From a virus, in the IMG/VR virus record IMGVR_UViG_3300027792_000010: 64,000 nucleotides of DNA; one strand, given 5' to 3'. The notes beneath the pieces were generated by a model. That model was not told the DNA's origin and did not search any database. It saw only the letters and a program-made list of their open reading frames with translations. Of the stretch, positions 56,590 to 64,000 are shown piece by piece; position 1 is the first letter of the stretch, and the number at the start of each line of letters is the position of its first letter. The translations under genes and the position numbers were made by a program.

Positions 56590-58431
56590 GTGGCTGACTT
56601 AAAAGAATATGTTAAAGGATATACTCTAAATGAAGATGATTTAACTATTACTTTTATTAGTAATAATTATTTAGGATATCCTACATATTATTCTCCTTAT
56701 TATTTAAGATACGAAATAAACTACTTTGATCCTGTCGATCAAATATATCATACTGTAGGATATGCTAATAGGCAGCCTTATGAGATAAAGGTTGGTATAT
56801 TTTGTGCCCTATTTGTTGTTGAAACGGTATGGGAAGCCGGATACTATCAGATTAGGTGGAAGTACAAAATATCAGATGCTAGCCCTGAACAGTATAGTAC
56901 AACAGAATTTCAAGTACTTGGCAATCTATATAGCCCAGTTGATGATACTATAGCAGGTTTACAAGTTGATGTATATAGTAATATAGGTGTAACTGGAGTA
57001 CCCGGTCCTACAGGACCCGTCGGAAGCGGTTCCATAGCCACGGGGACGGGCGGGATCACAGGGCCTCAGGGAGCCACTGGGATTTCAGGAGGTGGAACAG
57101 GGTTACCCGGTCCTACGGGACTTCAGGGGGCTACAGGAATTTCAGGAGGAGGTACAGGGCTACCAGGTCCTACAGGCTGGCAAGGTGTTACAGGTCCTAC
57201 CGGAATAGGATATACAGGATTACCCGGCACTACCGGAATAGGATATACAGGATTACCCGGCCCTACAGGTTGGCAAGGTATTACAGGTCCTCAAGGATTA
57301 GGATATACAGGGTTACCTGGCTCTACTGGAATAGGGTATACAGGAGTAGATGGGGTGACAGGACCTGTAGGATGGACTGGGGTACAAGGTGATACAGGAT
57401 TACAGGGGTATACAGGATTAATCGGAGCGACTGGACCTCAAGGACAGATAGGACATATAGGAGCAACAGGCTTAATAGGTCCTACAGGACCCCAAGGTTT
57501 ACAAGGGTCTCAGGGTAATCAAGGTATAACCGGAGCACAGGGTCAAACAGGTTTGCAAGGGCCTCAGGGTGATCAAGGTCAAACAGGAGTACAAGGTCAA
57601 ACAGGAAGTTTAGGTACTCAAGGACTTCAAGGGGCAACGGGCCTGATAGGTCAAACAGGTATTCAAGGGCCTGTTGGAAGTATAGGTGTTACAGGTGTAG
57701 GGGTAACAGGACATCAAGGCATTAAGGGTGATACGGGGATAGCTGGTCAAACTGGTATTCAAGGTAGTACTGGATTAGGATCTATAGGTATACAAGGTGT
57801 TACCGGAATCGGCGTAACAGGGACACAAGGTATACAAGGTAGTACTGGATTAGGACATACAGGTCTAAGAGGTGATACAGGTCTAAGAGGCGATACGGGT
57901 CTAAAAGGTGATACAGGTCCGCAGGGTATAACTGGTCCTTGTATCATAAGTCAGCGTACTACATTTCCTACGGGGAGTATATCAGTCCCAGATATAATGT
58001 GGAATTTTAAGAATGAGGCTTTTTACGGATTTGTTACAGGGGTTAATAGATGGGTTCAAATAAGTGCTGGGGCACAAGCTGGTGTAACAGGACCGCAAGG
58101 AGCTACGGGAGTAAACTTTTCAACACTGTATAATGCAGGGACTGTAACAAGTTCCCCGTTACAAATTAATTGGTCTAATGGTTTAAAACAATATGCGACC
58201 GTTGGTACATCAGGAATAGTATATATGACTAATGGAGCTACAGGAGTAAACTATACATTTGAATTGAGGTATTCTGTCAATTTATCACCAGGATGGACAG
58301 GTATAATGTGGCCTTTTGGAGGTACTATACCATTTTTTGGATCATATACAGGAGCTAAAGATATACTGTCATTCTTTTTTGATGGAGAGCACTACTTAGG
58401 TACCTCTACTCCAGATTTTAGGTACCCATAA
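56590..58431 (+). CDS. collagen-like fibre protein with N-terminal adaptor domain
   Basis: GTG start, about 320 aa of Gly-X-Y, C-terminal globular domain ending in [15 protein letters not shown]. Confidence 0.85.
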   Translation: MADLKEYVKGYTLNEDDLTITFISNNYLGYPTYYSPYYLRYEINYFDPVDQIYHTVGYANRQPYEIKVGIFCALFVVETVWEAGYYQIRWKYKISDASPEQYSTTEFQVLGNLYSPVDDTIAGLQVDVYSNIGVTGVPGPTGPVGSGSIATGTGGITGPQGATGISGGGTGLPGPTGLQGATGISGGGTGLPGPTGWQGVTGPTGIGYTGLPGTTGIGYTGLPGPTGWQGITGPQGLGYTGLPGSTGIGYTGVDGVTGPVGWTGVQGDTGLQGYTGLIGATGPQGQIGHIGATGLIGPTGPQGLQGSQGNQGITGAQGQTGLQGPQGDQGQTGVQGQTGSLGTQGLQGATGLIGQTGIQGPVGSIGVTGVGVTGHQGIKGDTGIAGQTGIQGSTGLGSIGIQGVTGIGVTGTQGIQGSTGLGHTGLRGDTGLRGDTGLKGDTGPQGITGPCIISQRTTFPTGSISVPDIMWNFKNEAFYGFVTGVNRWVQISAGAQAGVTGPQGATGVNFSTLYNAGTVTSSPLQINWSNGLKQYATVGTSGIVYMTNGATGVNYTFELRYSVNLSPGWTGIMWPFGGTIPFFGSYTGAKDILSFFFDGEHYLGTSTPDFRYP

Positions 58432-58439
58432 GGAAAAAT

Positions 58440-59150
58440 ATGTTACCTAGTTATTCTAATTTGATAGCGCATTGGAAAATGAATGATAATAATGACAATA
58501 CTATAGTATTAGATAGTACTAATAGAAATCATAATGGTGTTTGGCAGCATGGTAATACGTCATCAGACAGTGTATCAGGTAAGATAAACAGAGCTTTAAA
58601 TTTTAATGGTACTAGTGATAATATTGTAATAGATAGTCATGCAGATTTTAATAATTCAACTTTTTCATTCTGTGCTTGGCTAAAGCATACAAGTGCAGCA
58701 GGGAATTGGGATAGGGTATTATCTAAAAAAAGTACGTACTCTGCAACTAATGGGTATGAGATAACTTTAAACAATACTGCGGATAGTACTTTATGGGTAT
58801 CTGGGTCTAGTGGCTCTTTTGCAACGTCAGCATTACAGTTTAATTGGACTGACCAACTATGGCATCATATAGTTGTTGTATATATAGGGAGTACACTTAG
58901 AATATATGCAGACGGTGTAAATAAAACTTATTCAGGATCTATAGCCTCTGTAGTATCTAATACTCAGCCATTAAAGTTAGGGCCTAATGTAGATGATGCT
59001 AATACATATTGGAGAGGTGCCATGGATGATATTAGGTATTATAATATAGCACTATCACAGTCACAAGTTACAAGTATCTATAATAACGGTCTTGGTACGG
59101 AGATCCCGACAGATTTAGTAAGTTCAATAGTTTTAAGTTCCAATTATTAA
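58440..59150 (+). CDS. LamG / concanavalin-A-like lectin domain protein
   Basis: LIAHWKMND, GKINRALNFNG, FSFCAWLK, WHHIVVVY, IYADG, GAMDDIRYYNIAL. Confidence 0.9.
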   Translation: MLPSYSNLIAHWKMNDNNDNTIVLDSTNRNHNGVWQHGNTSSDSVSGKINRALNFNGTSDNIVIDSHADFNNSTFSFCAWLKHTSAAGNWDRVLSKKSTYSATNGYEITLNNTADSTLWVSGSSGSFATSALQFNWTDQLWHHIVVVYIGSTLRIYADGVNKTYSGSIASVVSNTQPLKLGPNVDDANTYWRGAMDDIRYYNIALSQSQVTSIYNNGLGTEIPTDLVSSIVLSSNY

Positions 59151-59164
59151 AAGAGAGAATTAGT

Positions 59165-62100
59165 ATGGCTTTTCCTGTAAATCCTATAAATAATGAAATC
59201 TATATAAACCCTCTTGGTACACAATATAGGTATGTTGCAATAGATAATGCATGGACTATCGATAGCACCGCTGTTACAGGTAATGCTGGATTAACAGGTG
59301 TAGGTATAACAGGTACACAAGGAGCCACAGGTGTAGGTATAGCAGGATTACAAGGTCAGACAGGTCCTCTTGGTACCCAAGGTGTAACAGGAGTTGGCAT
59401 AACAGGACCACAGGGTAGTACAGGTTTACAGGGTATTCAAGGTACTCAGGGATTAACCGGAGCACCGGGATCAACAGGTCCTTATGGTCTCGCTGGATCG
59501 ACAGGTACCCCAGGAGCACAGGGACTAACTGGCTTACAAGGCACACAAGGACTAACAGGATTCTTCGGACTTACTGGTTATCAAGGTATAACTGGAGCAT
59601 CCTCTATAGGATCTACTGGGCCTACAGGAGAAACAGGTTTACAGGGTATACAAGGTATTACCGGAATCCTTGGTATAGATGGTCAGACTGGAGCACAAGG
59701 AATAACAGGTTTACAAGGTCAGACTGGTATACAGGGTACTCAAGGGGCTTTAGGTCAAACTGGAATTCAGGGAATTCAAGGTACACAGGGAAGCACAGGT
59801 ACCCAAGGAATCAAAGGTGATACAGGTACCCAAGGAATCCAGGGTATACAAGGTAATACAGGTATTCAAGGATTACAAGGAATTAAAGGTGATACAGGTA
59901 TCGGAGTTACTGGTATCCAAGGTACCCAAGGAATCAAGGGTGATACAGGTATCGGAGTTACTGGTATCCAGGGAACTCAAGGACAGACGGGAGTAGGAGC
60001 TACAGGGTCACAGGGAATTCCTGGTCAAACTGGAATACAAGGGCCTCAGGGTATCACAGGTATAGGGATAACCGGGCCTCAAGGTATTACAGGGTTAGCT
60101 GGGCCTACAGGATGGCAGGGATTAACAGGACCTGCTGGTTCTACAGGACCCTACGGGCTTGGGGGATCTACAGGATCTCCTGGGGAACAAGGGATAACTG
60201 GCGCTCAAGGCGCACAAGGACTAACAGGATTCTTCGGACTTACTGGTTATCAAGGTATAACTGGAGCATCCTCTATAGGATCTACTGGGCCTACAGGAGA
60301 AACAGGTTTACAGGGTATTCAAGGTATACAAGGTATTACCGGAATCCTTGGTATAGATGGTCAGACTGGAGCGCTGGGTAGTACAGGTGCCCAAGGGCCA
60401 CGAGGGTTAACAGGTTTACAAGGTATCCAGGGCTCACAAGGAAATACTGGTATTCAGGGTACCCGAGGCGAAACAGGTCTGCAGGGAACGCAAGGTATCC
60501 AAGGTGAAACAGGTTTACAAGGAACGCAAGGTATCATAGGAGCTACGGGTATCATAGGAATTCAAGGTACCCAGGGTGAAACAGGTCTGCAGGGAATACA
60601 AGGTACCCAAGGAACTACTGGCTTACAAGGAATTAAAGGTGATACTGGAGTTCAGGGCATACAGGGTATTAATGGTGATACAGGTTTACAAGGATATACT
60701 GGTATAGGGGTGACAGGGTTACAAGGTCATACCGGAACAGTAGGTACTCAAGGGGTTACAGGGTTAATAGGTATAACAGGTGCTCAAGGTCCCTCATTAA
60801 TTTATGCAGGTATAGCATTTGATGGGGCAAATACCCCATTAATAGATATATATCCAGATGCATCTATAGGTATTACCGGAACCTATGTAAATCTATATGA
60901 TAATCCTTACTTTGATGGTTTATTATCAAGGTACTATATTCCAGGGGTTACAGGTTTAACATTTACAGATGGATCAGCACAGTACATAGCTATTGATTAT
61001 AACGGTGGATCACCTATATATCGCGTCGCCGCACCCTATGAACTTAATAGTAGCACAGTAGTTCCTATTTACAATATATGGAGAGTTGGTACTGAGATTC
61101 ATTCGGCAGGCCCATATCAAGCCGGATTTGGATTAGGCGAGAAAATTGCAAATAGAATCGGCGCTACAATGCCGTATACCAGATCTTTAGCTGGTGGCCT
61201 TATTATAAGTGAAACATCTACCCCAGTAGAAAGAACTGTTCTTATTACTTCTGCTACTGTATATGCAAATATACTACCTATAAGTGTTTTAGCTTATAAC
61301 TCAAGCACCGATGTATTAACTAAAGCTACAATAACAACTGGTGTTTGGACATATACTTCAGAGACACAATATAACAATACGGACTATAACCCAACTTCTG
61401 GCCCTGCCGCCATGAATAATAACTACTATTCAGTGAGGTGGTTTTATAGAAGCATAGGAGATGTAAAAGAAGTCTTTTATGTGATGGGTACTTCAGAATA
61501 TAGTAATTCTAGAGATGCAGAGGCAGAGCAGCCTAGAAGTGACCTCCCTAACGTTATTAAGTCACATTGTATGCTAGTAGGTAAATTAATCATTAAAAAG
61601 GGAGCATCTTCAGGAGTAGTATATAGTGCTTTTAATATAGTATTTGATAGTTCAGGAGTAGTAGAGCATAATAACTTAGCTAGTCTTCAGGGTGGTACAG
61701 TAGGAGAGTATTACCATCTTTCCGCAGCAGGGTATAATTGGGTTTTAGGCGGGATGAGTGGTATACATTTGGGAGCCACAGGCGCTCAAGGTTTAACTGG
61801 CGTGCAAGGTATACAGGGATTAACAGGTATCGGTGCCACAGGTATCCAAGGTACTCAAGGTACTCAAGGTCAGACAGGCGTTGGTGCCACAGGTATCCAA
61901 GGAATCCAAGGATCTCAGGGAGAAACAGGGATTAACGGAGACACTGGAATACAAGGGTTAACAGGGGGTATAGGTAGCACAGGAATTTCTTACAAGTCAT
62001 TTATAGATAAGTTTATCTTACATACTGCAAGTTCTAGTCCGCCCGGTAGTGCGATTTCAGTTGATAATGCTAATCCATCAATAGCAACAAAACTATATAC

Positions 62101-64000
62101 AAATAAATCAGATAGTGATACGCTTGAGTTCTACAATTCTGTAGGCTTAGGTAGTTATTTAAAGATCCAAGATGTATTGGGCTTCGGATATTTTAATATC
62201 TATAAAGTAACAGGTAAATCTATAACGTCAAATACGTATTATTTCAATGTTATTCACAGTACAAAGATCGCAGGGTACGAAACAGTTCTTACACGTTATA
62301 TAAATGTAAGTGGTGAAGTATATTTAACAATAGTAGGTGAGCCTGGAGATATAGGTAGTACTGGACTTGCAGGTGCTACCGGGCTACAGGGATTACAGGG
62401 CACTCAGGGACAAACAGGCTTAGGAGTAACAGGGCCTACTGTGGCGGGTGTTACCGGATTAGCTGGTGCCACTGGATTAGCTGGCGCTACTGGATCTATA
62501 GGTGTCCAAGGAGCAGGTGGAGCATATACAACCTATTACTTCAATGAAGACCTTTACGGGTATACAGGAACATTAGCTCCTTACTATGCTTATAAGACTT
62601 TAAGTAAGACTCCTTCTATTAGTAATAACTTCGATAGTACTGCATACTATGTAAATAATGCGACATCTATGGGAGGGTTTACGGGAGTACATTTGGGATC
62701 GTATGTTATACCTCCATCTGAGTTGAATACTTCTCAAATTGATATAGGATTAGCTACATTCCGTAATTGGGGTATAAGAGCAGTGTCCTTTGCTGGTTTT
62801 AGATATGATATTTTAAAACATGCCGCAGACCATAGCGAGACTATGCTAGTGTATAGCCAAGATGGTGAAACACTGACTACTACCTCAGAAGCTGCTGTAT
62901 CTAACTCAGTTATTATACCTACTACTCCACTCGATACTACAGATGCTATAGTAGTCCGTTTGTGGGGTGCAGGGCAGGGAGCAGCCACAGCTACTGTAAG
63001 AGCTTATAATCAGTACCCAAGGCGACAGAGTTATCTTACCATGCCTATAAGTTATGGCAACCAAGGCCCTACAGGTTGGCAGGGATTAACGGGGGCTATA
63101 GGTAATGCTGGGGCGCAGGGAGATACTGGATTACAGGGAACTCAAGGTATACAAGGAAATACAGGTATTCAAGGTATCAAGGGAGAAACTGGTCTACAGG
63201 GTATCCAAGGCTCCCAAGGTATCCAAGGAAATACAGGTATTCAAGGCATACAAGGATCTCAAGGTACTACGGGTACCCAAGGTACAGCAGGATCGCAAGG
63301 TACCACTGGACTACAGGGTATACAAGGCTCTCAAGGTACTACTGGATTACAAGGATCAGCAGGTTCCCAAGGACAAACTGGTGCGGGTGGGGTAACGGGA
63401 TTACAAGGTATCCAGGGCTCCCAAGGTCAAACTGGTGCTCAGGGTACTACTGGTTTAGTAGGGTTGACCGGAAGTGGTACTCCTTTTAAGGCTGTTATTT
63501 TAAAAAATATGTATCCTGTAGCAGGCGTTACAGGGCTTGCAGGTTATATAGTATTGAATAATGACAATCCTTCATTAGCGACACAAATAGCGCTAAGCAC
63601 TTCGGATAGTAATACATATGCTTTCTTCAATTCTTTAGATACTAATACCTATTTAAAGATAGGGGATACATTGGATCAGAATTTTTTTAATATCTATAGG
63701 GTATTAAATGAGCCTGATAGTACTCCTATTACTTATAAGATACCTGTTATACACATTACAAAAATAGCAGGGTATCAGACTGATATTTTCCCATATACAA
63801 TAGGTGGTGCCGTAACTTTAAGTATAGTAGGAGACCCAGGAGACCAAGGATCTCAAGGTATAACAGGGCTACGAGGACAGACAGGCTTACAAGGTACCGC
63901 TGGTACCGCCGGAACCGATTCGGGGGCTACAGGCGTTGTATCTTTCACCTACAGCAATTCAGGTACCGCATTCACACCTACAGGTATGTTGGGTGAGTTC
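59165..64000 (+). CDS. very large collagen-like fibre protein with interspersed globular domains (3' truncated by window edge; absent from ORF track)
   Basis: ATG 59165 after GAGAG (MAFPVNPINNEIY...). The frame was open in every segment I translated (60782-61800, 61982-62370, 63481-64000) and no stop was seen before 64000. Includes HNNLASLQGGTVGEYYHL. Confidence 0.85.
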   Translation, partial: MAFPVNPINNEIYINPLGTQYRYVAIDNAWTIDSTAVTGNAGLTGVGITGTQGATGVGIAGLQGQTGPLGTQGVTGVGITGPQGSTGLQGIQGTQGLTGAPGSTGPYGLAGSTGTPGAQGLTGLQGTQGLTGFFGLTGYQGITGASSIGSTGPTGETGLQGIQGITGILGIDGQTGAQGITGLQGQTGIQGTQGALGQTGIQGIQGTQGSTGTQGIKGDTGTQGIQGIQGNTGIQGLQGIKGDTGIGVTGIQGTQGIKGDTGIGVTGIQGTQGQTGVGATGSQGIPGQTGIQGPQGITGIGITGPQGITGLAGPTGWQGLTGPAGSTGPYGLGGSTGSPGEQGITGAQGAQGLTGFFGLTGYQGITGASSIGSTGPTGETGLQGIQGIQGITGILGIDGQTGALGSTGAQGPRGLTGLQGIQGSQGNTGIQGTRGETGLQGTQGIQGETGLQGTQGIIGATGIIGIQGTQGETGLQGIQGTQGTTGLQGIKGDTGVQGIQGINGDTGLQGYTGIGVTGLQGHTGTVGTQGVTGLIGITGAQGPSLIYAGIAFDGANTPLIDIYPDASIGITGTYVNLYDNPYFDGLLSRYYIPGVTGLTFTDGSAQYIAIDYNGGSPIYRVAAPYELNSSTVVPIYNIWRVGTEIHSAGPYQAGFGLGEKIANRIGATMPYTRSLAGGLIISETSTPVERTVLITSATVYANILPISVLAYNSSTDVLTKATITTGVWTYTSETQYNNTDYNPTSGPAAMNNNYYSVRWFYRSIGDVKEVFYVMGTSEYSNSRDAEAEQPRSDLPNVIKSHCMLVGKLIIKKGASSGVVYSAFNIVFDSSGVVEHNNLASLQGGTVGEYYHLSAAGYNWVLGGMSGIHLGATGAQGLTGVQGIQGLTGIGATGIQGTQGTQGQTGVGATGIQGIQGSQGETGINGDTGIQGLTGGIGSTGISYKSFIDKFILHTASSSPPGSAISVDNANPSIATKLYTNKSDSDTLEFYNSVGLGSYLKIQDVLGFGYFNIYKVTGKSITSNTYYFNVIHSTKIAGYETVLTRYINVSGEVYLTIVGEPGDIGSTGLAGATGLQGLQGTQGQTGLGVTGPTVAGVTGLAGATGLAGATGSIGVQGAGGAYTTYYFNEDLYGYTGTLAPYYAYKTLSKTPSISNNFDSTAYYVNNATSMGGFTGVHLGSYVIPPSELNTSQIDIGLATFRNWGIRAVSFAGFRYDILKHAADHSETMLVYSQDGETLTTTSEAAVSNSVIIPTTPLDTTDAIVVRLWGAGQGAATATVRAYNQYPRRQSYLTMPISYGNQGPTGWQGLTGAIGNAGAQGDTGLQGTQGIQGNTGIQGIKGETGLQGIQGSQGIQGNTGIQGIQGSQGTTGTQGTAGSQGTTGLQGIQGSQGTTGLQGSAGSQGQTGAGGVTGLQGIQGSQGQTGAQGTTGLVGLTGSGTPFKAVILKNMYPVAGVTGLAGYIVLNNDNPSLATQIALSTSDSNTYAFFNSLDTNTYLKIGDTLDQNFFNIYRVLNEPDSTPITYKIPVIHITKIAGYQTDIFPYTIGGAVTLSIVGDPGDQGSQGITGLRGQTGLQGTAGTAGTDSGATGVVSFTYSNSGTAFTPTGMLGEF
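59544..60318. repeat. 106-bp perfect direct repeat (59544-59649 and 60213-60318)
   Basis: cacaaggactaacaggattcttcggac...gaaacaggtttacagggtat is identical in both copies. Confidence 0.9.

Noticed and set aside
741-62988. All minus-strand ORFs and short alternate-frame plus-strand ORFs in the track (e.g. 29145..29825, 29189..29752, 18507..18989, 59274..59546)
   Set aside because: They lie wholly within well-supported + strand genes, lack RBS or motifs, and are the expected shadows of low-complexity or codon-biased CDSs.
51918-64000. CRISPR array or DGR template/variable repeats among the many repeats
   Set aside because: The repeats are in-frame coding units without unique spacers. No adenine-specific mismatch pattern was seen, and no reverse transcriptase is in the window.
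1-64000. Alternative genetic code (stop-codon reassignment, as in some large phages)
   Set aside because: Genes are full length and tightly packed under code 11, and TAG and TGA both end ORFs that are followed by new RBS-ATG starts.
41658-64000. Eukaryotic giant-virus (NCLDV) origin suggested by collagens plus glycosyltransferases
   Set aside because: SD sites, intrinsic terminators, NusG, the DnaX clamp loader and terminase-portal-protease-HK97 capsid genes all indicate a tailed bacteriophage.

Overview
A 64-kb, AT-rich, almost gapless slice of a large tailed bacteriophage genome (HK97-type head module, bacterial Shine-Dalgarno sites, genetic code 11). All credible genes are on the + strand. 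The order is: (1) 1-8.7 kb, a replication/regulation block with bacterial-type clamp-loader subunits (holB-, holA-, dnaX-like), a DnaG-type primase core, a NusG paralog, a 5'-3' flap exonuclease and a tandem sigma-region-4 HTH protein; (2) 8.8-31.5 kb, head/packaging genes (terminase and portal, each with a LAGLIDADG intein, prohead protease, scaffold, decoration protein, major capsid protein) and many probable internal virion proteins; (3) 31.6-41 kb, accessory genes (a LAGLIDADG-nuclease/DNA-methyltransferase fusion, an H1-like basic protein, a zincin, two 2H phosphoesterases, one Acb1/T4 57B-like, and a SWIM protein); (4) 41.2-47 kb, a glycosyltransferase operon with a GT2-TPR enzyme, a GT-B fold split over two genes and an intein in a GT-B active-site motif; (5) 47-64 kb, virion appendage genes dominated by Thr/Gln-rich collagen-like fibres, the last running off the window. 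Two recurrent promoter-like motifs and a 19-bp RBS-sequestering hairpin are visible. The top hypothesis is a phage-encoded protein O-glycosylation system acting on G-x-T-G motifs, which fill the collagen fibres and are also enriched in a non-collagen virion protein. Family assignments are from motif recognition by eye; no database searches were run.
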